DNA of 64,000 bases from Alphaproteobacteria bacterium. GTDB lineage: Bacteria; Pseudomonadota; Alphaproteobacteria; SHVV01. The position numbers were made by a program, and so were the translations under genes. The notes beneath the pieces were generated by a model. It was given only the letters and a program-made list of their open reading frames with translations. It was not told the origin of the DNA and searched no databases. Positions 54,373 through 63,660 of this stretch are shown here, one piece after another (positions within the stretch are counted from its first letter, which is position 1; every line of letters begins with the position of its first letter). The stretch is from NCBI GenBank assembly GCA_965261735.1, contig OZ253470.1, positions 3,360,001-3,424,000 on the forward strand. Reading direction: 5' to 3'.

Positions 54373-57300
54373 ATGGCGATTGATCGCATGGCCGCCCGGG
54401 TATCCGATGCCGCGGCGCGTGTCGCGGCTCTCACGGCTCATGAACGCTCCCTCCTCGTAGAGGCAGGCGCTGGCAGCGGCAAGACGGCTCTCATGGCAGG
54501 ACGCGTCGCGCTGCTTATTGGCGCTGGTACTGATCCGAAGAACATTGCCGCGATCACGTTTACGGAAGCGGCCGCGGCGGAACTTCTGGAACGCATAGAG
54601 AGCATCGTGCGGGATCTTCTCTCGGGCCAGGTGCCGGTCGAGCTTGTCGAGGCGCTGCCTTCCGGCCTGACCGGGGCGCAGCAAGCCAATCTTTTGAATG
54701 GTGCCGCTGCCTTGGATGAAATCACCTGCACCACAATCCACGGCTTCTGCCAGCAGCTGATCAGGCCTTATTCCGTGGAAACCAGTCTCGATCCTGGCGC
54801 CGCCATTATCGACCCCGCGGCGGCCGAACTCGCCTACCAGGACCTGATGGAGGCGTGGCTTTCGGCTCGGTTCGGCCGTGATCGGGGTGCACAGGGACTG
54901 GGGCGCGTTCCACCGATCAAGGATGCTGGGGACGGGGAAGATTTCTTTGCCGAACTCTTGCTGATGGCACCGGATGAAACGCTGGAGTTGATAGGACGCA
55001 CGGCCCAATTTCTCAAGGTTCACCGGACGGCGCAGCCAGCGGGCACCGGAATTGACCAAGCGGATTTTGGGCGGTTCGCGGACGCCATCGACGCTTTTGC
55101 CTCCTGGTATGACAGTTGCGGCGTCGCGGAGCAGGACACCGCCGTCTTGATCGAGAATCTGGGACCGATCGCCAATATGGCGCGAGAGGCTGCGATGCAA
55201 CCGCTGACCGGCCGCCGTATCGCCAATATGCTCTTTCATCATCCGCCATCGGCTTGCAAGAAAGGAGAAAGGGAGTTCAAGCAATGGCGGGCCAAGACGC
55301 GGTGGAAGAACGCGGTGAAGACCGTGGGCGGGAGCGCCGCTCAGGGCGAACAGCTCAACGCCGCCGGTGAAGCGCGCTATAGCGCTTGCGCCGAAGCGTA
55401 TGGTGCCCTCTGTGACAATCTAGGCGCGCTCGCGTTCCAACGTTTCGTCGACGAGTTCGAAGCGCTCCGGGATCTGTACCTGGATTACAAGCGCAACGCC
55501 GCCTTTCTCGATTTCGACGACCTGCTGCATCAGGCCCGCGATCTTCTCCGAAACAACGAAACGGTACGGCAGGAACTAGCGGACCTATACTCACGCATCC
55601 TGGTCGATGAATTTCAGGATACCGATCCCGTGCAGGTCGAGATCATTTGGCGGCTTGCCGGCGAAGGCGACCCCGAAGCACCATGGCATGAACACGCCCT
55701 TCGCCCAGGGGCGCTGTTTCTAGTGGGCGATCCGAAGCAGGCGATCTACCGGTTCCGCGGCGCGGACGTGCAAACCTACCTCGTCGCCAAGCGGGCGCTG
55801 TCGAATCGCGATCCGTCATCCGTACTGGAAATCTCGGCGAACTTCCGTACGCGAGAACCCATCCTGAAATACGTCAATGAGCATTTCGAGGGGATGCTTG
55901 ACGAGGCAAAGGGACAGCCCGGATTCACGGCACTTTCGGCGACACGCTCCGCGGGCGATGAACCAAGTGTCGCGGCCTTTGATATTGCCCTGGACGAACG
56001 GCACAAGAACGCCAAGGGAAGACTGCTAGTCGCTAGAATCCGTCGGGAGGAAGCAGCGCTCGTTGCCGATACCGCCAGGCGCCTGATCGGGGTTTATCCC
56101 GTCTGGGACAAGCACGAGAGGAAATTCCGGCCAGCGCGGGCCGGCGATATCGCTCTGCTCGCCCCGACCGGGACCAGCCTTTGGATTTACGAGCAGGCCT
56201 TGGAGCGCCGCGAGATTCCGATCGCCACGCAGGCGGGCAAGGGCTTCTTTCGACGACAGGAAGTTCAGGACTTGATCGCGATCGCCAGGGCGATCGCGGA
56301 TTCCCGCGACACACTGGCGTTCGGCGCATTGATCCGGGGGCCGTTGGTCGGTCTTACCGAAGAGCAGATCGCCGACGAGATCGAGGCGCTTCACGCCCGA
56401 GTGGAAGGCTCCGGCCGGCTCAATCTGTGGACCGATCCCGGGCTGATTTCCAGCGCCTTACTTCGGCAAACACTCGCCGTGCTGCAGAATTTGGCGCGGA
56501 AGGCCCGCCGGACCACGCCCCACCACCTGCTCGCTGAGGCCGTGGAAGAGTTGCATGTGAGGTCGATCCTGAAGGCGCGTCATCCGCGAGGCGCCGAACG
56601 CGCGCTCGCCAACGTCGAACTTGTTCTGGAGATGGCGCGCGCATATGCCGGGCGGGGAATCGGGGACTTTGCCCGCGCGCTTTGGCGGAGCTGGAACAAT
56701 GGTGACGCTCAGGCGGAGGGCCGACCGGACGCCGAGGCTGATGCTGTTTCGATCATTACGATGCATTCGGCCAAGGGTTTGGAATGGCCTATCGTGATTC
56801 CTATCAATTCAACTAGCACGCCGTGGTCGGATACGAACTTCCTTTACCGGCGTCAGGACGACAGCGTCCACTTCAAAATATTCGGCTTCCCGAGCCCCGG
56901 CCACGAAACAGTCCAGCAGGAAGAAAATGCTGAGCTACGGCGCGAGCGCGTTCGTCTCTGGTACGTCGCTCTGACCCGCGCACGGGACCTGCTCCTGCTA
57001 CCCAGGCAGAGCGAACGCATCGAAGGTGATTGGTTCAGCCTAATAGGCATCGATGTCGAGACGCTACCACTGTTCAGTGACGCACGTTTTGGGGGAGCGC
57101 CGGCGGCCGACGTCGATGCCGGTGCCAATGCGCAGGATGCCGCGACATGGGAGCGGGAGGCGGCAGCCATCGCCGCCAACCAACGGCGGATAACGTGGCA
57201 CCAGCCAAGCCGTCATGAGGACCCGGCGGAATCTGCGAGAGAGCCGGAGGCCGTGTTTGCAAACGCCGACGCGATCCTCGAAGCCATTGCTGCAGAGGCC

Positions 57301-57810
57301 GAGGAGATACATGTCCAAGGCGGGCGAGAGCGTGGCTCGATACTGCACAAATTGATGGAAGAGGTGCTCACCGGAGAAACAGCGGGAGATACGGGACCGG
57401 TGCAGGTGCGGGCCGCTGAGCTTATCTCCCAACTCGGACTCGAGGATTCGCAAAATGCGTCGGAAGGACTGTCCAGCGATGAGATGGCAACCACGGTCAT
57501 GCGTACGCTGCAACTCCCCGAGATTCAGGCCCTGCGTCCACGGCTGGTTCCTGAGTTCCGGGTTTATGCGAGCGCCATCGAAGGCTGCGAAGAGACACTC
57601 ACGGCAGGCATTGCCGACGCAGTTGCCATCAATGAAGAAGGCCGCATTGACGTGGTCGTGGACTGGAAGAGTGACGTGAACGCCGGGGCCGGACAGATCG
57701 CAATGTATCAAAATCAGGTTCGCGACTACCTCCGATCAACCGCCGCGCAAACCGGACTCATCGTGTTTCTGGGTTCGGGTCGAATCGATAAGGTCGTGAT
57801 CGAAGATTGA
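54373..57810 (+). CDS. AddA-like UvrD/SF1A helicase with C-terminal RecB-type nuclease
   Basis: AGAGSGKT, ITFT, TIHGF, DEFQDT, VGDPKQAIYRFRGAD, TMHSAKGLEWP, YVALTRARD, GIADAV…DWKS; starts 1 nt after the addB-like stop. Confidence 0.92.
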   Translation: MAIDRMAARVSDAAARVAALTAHERSLLVEAGAGSGKTALMAGRVALLIGAGTDPKNIAAITFTEAAAAELLERIESIVRDLLSGQVPVELVEALPSGLTGAQQANLLNGAAALDEITCTTIHGFCQQLIRPYSVETSLDPGAAIIDPAAAELAYQDLMEAWLSARFGRDRGAQGLGRVPPIKDAGDGEDFFAELLLMAPDETLELIGRTAQFLKVHRTAQPAGTGIDQADFGRFADAIDAFASWYDSCGVAEQDTAVLIENLGPIANMAREAAMQPLTGRRIANMLFHHPPSACKKGEREFKQWRAKTRWKNAVKTVGGSAAQGEQLNAAGEARYSACAEAYGALCDNLGALAFQRFVDEFEALRDLYLDYKRNAAFLDFDDLLHQARDLLRNNETVRQELADLYSRILVDEFQDTDPVQVEIIWRLAGEGDPEAPWHEHALRPGALFLVGDPKQAIYRFRGADVQTYLVAKRALSNRDPSSVLEISANFRTREPILKYVNEHFEGMLDEAKGQPGFTALSATRSAGDEPSVAAFDIALDERHKNAKGRLLVARIRREEAALVADTARRLIGVYPVWDKHERKFRPARAGDIALLAPTGTSLWIYEQALERREIPIATQAGKGFFRRQEVQDLIAIARAIADSRDTLAFGALIRGPLVGLTEEQIADEIEALHARVEGSGRLNLWTDPGLISSALLRQTLAVLQNLARKARRTTPHHLLAEAVEELHVRSILKARHPRGAERALANVELVLEMARAYAGRGIGDFARALWRSWNNGDAQAEGRPDAEADAVSIITMHSAKGLEWPIVIPINSTSTPWSDTNFLYRRQDDSVHFKIFGFPSPGHETVQQEENAELRRERVRLWYVALTRARDLLLLPRQSERIEGDWFSLIGIDVETLPLFSDARFGGAPAADVDAGANAQDAATWEREAAAIAANQRRITWHQPSRHEDPAESAREPEAVFANADAILEAIAAEAEEIHVQGGRERGSILHKLMEEVLTGETAGDTGPVQVRAAELISQLGLEDSQNASEGLSSDEMATTVMRTLQLPEIQALRPRLVPEFRVYASAIEGCEETLTAGIADAVAINEEGRIDVVVDWKSDVNAGAGQIAMYQNQVRDYLRSTAAQTGLIVFLGSGRIDKVVIED

Positions 57811-57928
57811 TAGCCCATTGGCGTGTCTTTGAGGGTGCGCTCAGGCCCCGTGTTCTGCTCAACGGCACCAGTGCCGGCTGAAGCCCGACGCAAAACCCCA
57901 TCCGCTGAACCCTAGCGATGCCCCACGT

Positions 57929-58052
57929 CTTCCGTAATGGGGCGGTTCCCGTCAAGCTTCAATTTTCAATAGACCATCGTCGCGAGACGACTTCCGTAAT
58001 GGGGCGGTTCCCGTCAAGCTTCAATTTTCAATAGACCATCGTCGCGAGACGA
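57929..58052. repeat. exact 62-bp tandem duplication of the IS110 right terminus
   Basis: CTTCCGTAATGGGGCGGTTCCCGTCAAGC…CGCGAGACGA at 57929-57990 and 57991-58052. Confidence 0.95.
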
Positions 58053-58445
58053 CTGATCGTTCGCGAAGCCTCGGCGCCGGCAGCAGGTTGTTATCCCCAA
58101 GCGTGGTGCGGGAGCGTCCGGGGCCATCGCGGCTCCGGTTCAAGGTTGGGCGATTGCAACGCCTCCCTGGTCTTGAGAAGGAACCACGATCCCGGATGTG
58201 TCCGTCGCCAGGCTCTCGCTTCCGTCCGTGGTCAGCGCGGCGGCTGCCAACTTCATGCCTGGTCCAAAACGATTCCCGAGTGCCAATCTGTGCAGCGTGC
58301 TCGAACGCGATAAGACGGTTCGGCAAACAAGGCCGGTTACGTGCATCATCGGGAACCGCGTCCCGGCGAGGGGACACCGGTGGATCGCCCACCTTCAAGC
58401 GCGGCTCTTTCCTCCTTGCTGACTGCCGATGGGATGCAGCCGCGC

Positions 58446-59486
58446 CTATGCTGTCCGAAGCGCCATCGCGTCTTCGCGTGTGAACTGGAACTCGGTGCCA
58501 TCCCGCCACATCCGGTGAAGCACCACGCCGATACGCCGGGCCAGCGCAATGGTTGCGCGCTTCTTGCCGCGGAGCTTCGCCAGACGTAGCGCCCAGGCAT
58601 TCAGCCAGTTCGGCCCCGTGTGGTTCAGCATCACCGTGGCGGCCTGGTAGAGCGCGGTGCGCAGACCTGCATCGCCCGCCTTGGTGATCGCGCCGACAAT
58701 GTCCCGTTCGCCGGATTGATTCCGTCCCGGCGTCAGCCCCACCCATGGGCCGACATCCTTCGATCTCCGGAACCGCTCGGGATCGTCGATCGCGGACGTG
58801 TAGGTCAGGGCTATGACGTGGCCAACGCCGGGCATGGTCATCAAAAGGCGGCACACCCGGTCTTCCCTGGCCAGATTGCGGACCAGCTTCTCAAGGCCGG
58901 CCAGCTCGCGGCGCAGATCCGCCCGCGCGCGCAGGATCGGCTCGGCCGCGGCTTCCAGCATCGCGTTGCCTGCGATCAATTCCCGGACGCGGGCCTCGTA
59001 GCGGCCCTTAGAGACCCGGCCCAGCTTCAGGCCGAAGTTGCGCAAGACGCCACGCAGCGAGAGCTCCAGATCGGTGAGCACGTTTAGCACGGACTTGCGC
59101 GAGGACAGGAGCGCCCGTACCTCCTGCGACGACACCGATTTGCAGTGCACCGGCCGGAACCAGCCCATCTGCAGCAGCCGCGCGATGCCTTCGGCATCCC
59201 GGCGATCGGTCTTGATCGGCATCCCCTTCAGCGCGGCCTTCACCTGCCGGGTCTCCATCAGCACGGCTTCGAAGCCGGAATCGGTCAACCCCTTGTGCAG
59301 CCATTGAGACAGGGGACCGGCTTCGAGGCCGATCGCGGCGATCCCGTGCGGCAGCTCGCGCATGAACGCAACCAGCGATTCGGGCGCGCTGGCGACCCGC
59401 GCCTCCGTCACGATCTTGCCCCTCTCGCCGAGAACGCAGATTGCCGTGCTTGCCAGCGATACATCCAGCCCGATAAAAACATCCAT
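58446..59486 (-). CDS. IS110-family DEDD recombinase
   Basis: GLDVS, LEAG, KTDRRDA, PGVG, GLTPGRNQSG, ITKAGD. Confidence 0.95.
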   Translation of the reverse strand: MDVFIGLDVSLASTAICVLGERGKIVTEARVASAPESLVAFMRELPHGIAAIGLEAGPLSQWLHKGLTDSGFEAVLMETRQVKAALKGMPIKTDRRDAEGIARLLQMGWFRPVHCKSVSSQEVRALLSSRKSVLNVLTDLELSLRGVLRNFGLKLGRVSKGRYEARVRELIAGNAMLEAAAEPILRARADLRRELAGLEKLVRNLAREDRVCRLLMTMPGVGHVIALTYTSAIDDPERFRRSKDVGPWVGLTPGRNQSGERDIVGAITKAGDAGLRTALYQAATVMLNHTGPNWLNAWALRLAKLRGKKRATIALARRIGVVLHRMWRDGTEFQFTREDAMALRTA

Positions 59487-59509
59487 GTCGTTTGTATGGA
59501 CGCCTCCCG

Positions 59510-59775
59510 GGACGCAAGGACCGATTTGGGGATGAGGGTCAGGCAGATTGCAGCTTTGTATCCGGCCTTTCGATGCGGGGATTCTGCCCGCTGGCCCTGA
59601 TGGGATCTGCCGATCCGCGCCTCATTTACCCTGTGGGCTTCTCGCCCTCAACGACAATCCAGGCTTGGCGGATCGCGGTCTGACCTGCTCGCCATCACTC
59701 CTTGTCGTGCCTTGCGCAACCTTTCAGCAACCACCTCCTGGTTCGGTTCGTCGTTCCTTCCGTCGTCAGCCGCGG
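59510..59775 (-). ncRNA. putative bridge/seek RNA of the inner IS1111 element
   Basis: Long non-coding right end with segments matching both target flanks (59625-59632, 59650-59656) and the donor junction (59555-59561); boundaries approximate. Confidence 0.75.
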
Positions 59776-60801
59776 CTATGCCGGTTGGCTGATGAAGTCC
59801 ACGCGGTACGCCCGGTCGTGGGCCAGCAAGGCCCAAATCGTGCGCGCCGTCTTGTTGGCCAGCGCGACCGTGACCACGTTGGGCGGTCGCCGCTCGGCGA
59901 GGCGCACCGCCCATTCGGGCGGCGCCTTGCTTGTGGTGAGCACGGCGCGGGCGCCGTGGATCAGGAGGGTCCGCAGATATCTGTCCCCTCGCTTGGAGAT
60001 GCCAAGCATGCGTACCCGACCTCCAGTGCCTTCGTGCCGCGGCACCAGGCCGAGCCAGGCGGCGAACTCGCGTCCTGACCTGAAGGCCGCGGGATCGCCC
60101 ATCGCGGCCACCACGGCCGTCGCCGTCAGCACTCCCACCCCCGGGATCTTCGCGACCCGCTGGCTGTCGGCATTGCCGCGGTGCCACAGCGCAATCCGCC
60201 GCTCGATCTCGCCGATCTCCTCGTCGAGGTGGCTGACCCGGGCCCATTGCTCGCGAAGTGTGTCGATCACCACCGCCGGCAGACGCTCAGAGATCCGTTC
60301 CAAGGCTTCGGCCATGCCACGGCGCATGCCGGCCCGGCCCCGCGGCATCACCTCGCCGTATTCGGTCAGAAGGCCGCGCAGCCCGTTGATCTGCGCGGTG
60401 CGGAACTTCACCAACTGCTGGCGCATCCGGTGCAGCGCCAGGATCGCCTGCTGCTCCTCGCTCTTCACGGCAACCGTCCGGACGCTCGGCATCTGCGCCG
60501 CCGTCCAGATCGCCCGCGCGTCGTGCGCGTCGTTCTTGTTGCCGGACACGAAGGGCCGAACCGCCTTCGCGGGCAACAGGCAGGGATCGTGGCCGAGCTC
60601 CCGAAGCCGGCGAGCCCAATGCTGCGAGCCGCCGCACGCCTCCATCGCGACCACGCACGGCACGCGGTTGGCGAAGTGCTCGAGGAACTTCGCCCGCGTC
60701 AGCTTCAGATCCACGATCTCGCCTGTCTCCATGTCGACCCAGTGCAGCTGGAACACCCGCTTCGCCGTATCCACCCCGACGACGGTTCTGCTAGTCTTCA
60801 T
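59776..60801 (-). CDS. IS110/IS1111-family recombinase
   Basis: GVDTAK, MEACG, KNDAHDA, GLVPRHEGTGG, ISKRGD; ATG 60801 after GGAGGG. Confidence 0.95.
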   Translation of the reverse strand: MKTSRTVVGVDTAKRVFQLHWVDMETGEIVDLKLTRAKFLEHFANRVPCVVAMEACGGSQHWARRLRELGHDPCLLPAKAVRPFVSGNKNDAHDARAIWTAAQMPSVRTVAVKSEEQQAILALHRMRQQLVKFRTAQINGLRGLLTEYGEVMPRGRAGMRRGMAEALERISERLPAVVIDTLREQWARVSHLDEEIGEIERRIALWHRGNADSQRVAKIPGVGVLTATAVVAAMGDPAAFRSGREFAAWLGLVPRHEGTGGRVRMLGISKRGDRYLRTLLIHGARAVLTTSKAPPEWAVRLAERRPPNVVTVALANKTARTIWALLAHDRAYRVDFISQPA

Positions 60802-61895
60802 TTCGGACCCTCCGGTTTGCCTGTGAAGAGCTTGCTCTTCCCACTTGGCACTTTGATGCCGTCGGCCCGCGAGGGTCCACCTCAACCCTCCGGCCGACGA
60901 ACATCAGGGGGTGGGAGGCGTCCATCCCATTTGCCCTTCCCTGCAAAGGAGTTGGGGCGCGCCTTTCGGCAAGACCCCGTGAACACGCTACGCGTGTAAG
61001 GGCAACGACACCCGAATCTCCGCCATCGCTACAAGCTGAAACGTCGCCGGTGAGCGCTGAGCCCCATTGCGGCATCTGTTAACGGCGGAGGAATAATGCT
61101 CCACGCGAGGCGGCCGGGCGGTCCGGTCGCGGCGGCGCAAAATTGTGCCACTCATGGTCCCTTGGCGGTTGCGACGAGGGGCAGGAGATGTACGGCGTGG
61201 AGCTCTATGCGGCGGTTCGACTGGCGGTTGTCGACGAGGGTCTGAGCCATCACGAGGCGGGCCGGCGGTTCGGCATCGACCGCCGGACGGTGAAGAAGAT
61301 GCTGAGCTATTCGGCGCCGCCGGGATACCGCCGGACGAAGCCGGTCAGGCGGCCGAAGCTGGACGGGTTCACCGGCATCGTCGACGCGATCCTGGAGGCG
61401 GACACGGATCCGGACGTGCCGCGCAAGCAGCGTCACACGGCGCATCGGATCTTCGAGCGGCTACGGGACGAGCACGGGTTCACCGGCGGCTACACCATCG
61501 TGAAGGACTATGTGCGTTCCCGGCGGCAATCGACGCGCGAGGCCTTCGTGCCGCTGCATCACCCGCCGGGCCATGCCCAGGTCGACTTCGGCGAGGCGGT
61601 GGTGGAGGTCGGGGGCAGGCGGGAGAAGGTCGCCTTTTTCTGCCTGATCCTGCCCCATTCCAACCTCTGGTTCGTCAAGGCGTATCCCCGGGAGACGACG
61701 GAGGCCTTCCTGGACGGCCATGTCAGCGCCTTCGCCTTCCTCGGCGGGGTTCCGCGCTCGATCCTCTACGACAACACGACCCTGGCGGTGGCACGGATCC
61801 TGGGCGACGGCACGCGTCGCCCCGCGCGCGGGTCCCTCCCATGGACTACGCGGACAAGCTACCACCGAGCCCGCGGTACATCTGTGGACGCCTCC

Positions 61896-62151
61896 GTTGA
61901 TGCAAGCCTTTCTTCGGACGGTTCGGCACATGCGGTCAGGTGCAGTCATCTGTCCGGCCTCATGATGCGGCTGGTTTGACGCCGCGGGCCTGTATGGAGA
62001 TGCGCGGACCGGGTCCAAGATCATTTTTGCGGGCTTGAAAGCTCCGTGTACCACGACTGGTTTTCCCGATCCCGTCTCGATTGACCGTTTGCCCTTACCT
62101 GTCCTCCGACCTGCCCACATCCCCGACGGCTCTCCGCCTTTCGCCGTCCTC
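61896..62151 (-). ncRNA. putative bridge/seek RNA
   Basis: Scaffold conserved with 3456-3707; guides CATTTTTGCG (62022-62031) and TGTACCACG (62047-62055) match the insertion flanks; boundaries approximate. Confidence 0.8.
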
Positions 62152-63174
62152 TCAGGCGGCGGCGGGAGCCCGGTAGCTCTCCTTCTTCGTTGTCAGCGCC
62201 CAGATGATGCGTGCCATCCGGTTGGCCAGCGCCACCGCGACCAGCATTCTCGGCTTGCGGGCCAGCATCCTGGCCAGCCAGGGGTCGTTCGTCGCGCCAC
62301 GCCGAGCCGCCCAGCTGACCACAGCCATGGCGCCCGTGATCAACAGCCGCCGCAGATCGCGTTGGCCCATCTTCGATATCCTGCCAAGCCTTGGCTTGCC
62401 GCCGGTCGTGTGCTGTCGCGGCACGAGCCCGAGCCAGGCCGCGAAGTCGCGGCCGCGTCGGAAGCTCTCCATCGGCGGTGCGAAGGCCTGGATTGCCATT
62501 GCGGTGATCGGCCCAATGCCGGGGATCGTCATGAGCCGTGCCGCCTCTTCGTCCTGACACGCGCGGGCGCGGAGCTCCCTCCTCAATCCGTCGATCTTCG
62601 CATCGAGGTCCTCGATCCGATCGAGCAGAAGGGCGCCCAGCTCACGGACCGATCCTGGCAGCCCTGAACCTGGACCCTGGAGGGCCGATGCCAGCCGATC
62701 GACATGAGCCGGTCCCTGCGGCGCGACAACGCCAAACTCCGCCAGGTGGCCCCGCAACGCGTTGATCGTCTGCGTGCGCTGGCGCACCAGAAGGTCGCGC
62801 GTGTGGAACAGCATTCCCCTGGCCTGCTGTTCTTTCGTCTTCACCGCCACGAAGCGCATCGTCGGGCGCTGCGCCGCCTCGCAGATCGCCTCTGCATCCG
62901 CCATGTCGTTCTTATGCCGCTTCACGAACGGCTTGACGTAGACCGGCGGGAGCAACCTCACCTCGTGGCCGAGCTCTCCGATCTCGCGGCCCCATTGGTG
63001 AGCGCCCGCGCAAGCCTCCATCGCGACCACGCAGCGCGGCTGAGAAGCGAGAAAGTCCAGCAATCTCTCCCGGCTCAGCTTCCTGCGGAACACGACAGAG
63101 CCGTCCGCCCCAGCACCATGAAGCTGAAAGCTGCGCTTCGCCAAATCAATCCCGACGATGGTAACCTGTTCCAC
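62152..63174 (-). CDS. IS110/IS1111-family recombinase
   Basis: GIDLAK, MEACAG, KNDMADA, GLVPRQHTTGG, ISKMGQ. Confidence 0.95.
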   Translation of the reverse strand: MEQVTIVGIDLAKRSFQLHGAGADGSVVFRRKLSRERLLDFLASQPRCVVAMEACAGAHQWGREIGELGHEVRLLPPVYVKPFVKRHKNDMADAEAICEAAQRPTMRFVAVKTKEQQARGMLFHTRDLLVRQRTQTINALRGHLAEFGVVAPQGPAHVDRLASALQGPGSGLPGSVRELGALLLDRIEDLDAKIDGLRRELRARACQDEEAARLMTIPGIGPITAMAIQAFAPPMESFRRGRDFAAWLGLVPRQHTTGGKPRLGRISKMGQRDLRRLLITGAMAVVSWAARRGATNDPWLARMLARKPRMLVAVALANRMARIIWALTTKKESYRAPAAA

Positions 63175-63302
63175 GGATGCCTCCTCCTTCAGGGGGTCGA
63201 ACTACAACACCACCTTGGCACATGCAGATGCCGTCGGGAGGAGGCGTCCACTCCATCATTTTTGCGCCGCCGCCCCGGTACATATTCCCGCCGCCGTTGA
63301 CA

Positions 63303-63655
63303 GCAAGCCCGTAACCGCCAGGCACGATCGAACGATCCGCAGGATGCTGGCGGCTCTCCGCCACCTCGACCGGGGGGATCGAGTCGGCACTCGCGGCTTG
63401 CTGCTCGCCGTTGACCCGGCTACGGGAGTCACCACGGTCGACCTGTTGAAGGACGGCCGTTTCGACGAAGCCATCGGCCGCGTCGAGGGCGTCCGGGCGA
63501 CCGAGCGTCACCGTACCCCTCTCTCCCGGGCTGCTTGGGATGCGCGCCGGCCGCAAACGCCAGCGCTTCTTCTGGAGGCCGAGCAGGACCGGCCCGATAT
63601 GCCGGCCAAAGCCCGAGCCGTCCGTGCTAGGCGGACGGCCAGGACGGCGAGCTAA
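63303..63655 (+). pseudogene. C-terminal part of a hypothetical protein whose 5' end was removed by IS21
   Basis: Open frame from the IS21 end to TAA at 63655, GC3-rich; 5 nt before the next ATG. Confidence 0.5.
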
Positions 63656-63660
63656 CCTTC

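Larger units (their letters stand above)
59491..60933 (-). mobile_element. IS1111-type element (inner)
   Basis: Subterminal IRs ATGGACGCCTCCC (59496-59508) / GGGAGGCGTCCAT (60913-60925); TTTG core at both ends. Confidence 0.92.
57929..60989 (-). mobile_element. IS110-family element (outer), interrupted between its RBS and ATG by an IS1111-type element
   Basis: CT core at both inferred ends (57929-30 and 60988-89); removing the inner IS restores GGGAAGGGCAAACGAC-ATG. Confidence 0.75.
61879..63259 (-). mobile_element. intact IS1111-type element
   Basis: Subterminal IRs GTGGACGCCTCC (61884-61895) / GGAGGCGTCCAC (63240-63251); CAT core at both ends. Confidence 0.92.
61077..63302 (+). mobile_element. 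istA: internally deleted IS21-family element (truncated istA 61188-~61818, no istB) carrying an IS1111 in its right end
   Basis: IRs TGTTAACGGCGGAGGAATA / TATTCCCGCCGCCGTTGACA; RKQRHTAHRIFERL, AQVDFGEA, ILYDN. Confidence 0.88.

Noticed and set aside
49565-57810. Plain Gabija call
   Set aside because: The helicase is a ~1145-aa AddA-like helicase-nuclease paired with an AddB-like subunit and not adjacent to OLD, unlike the compact GajB.
57929-58052. Repeat pair as a CRISPR array
   Set aside because: Two abutting 62-bp units, no spacers, no cas genes; they are an IS110 terminus.
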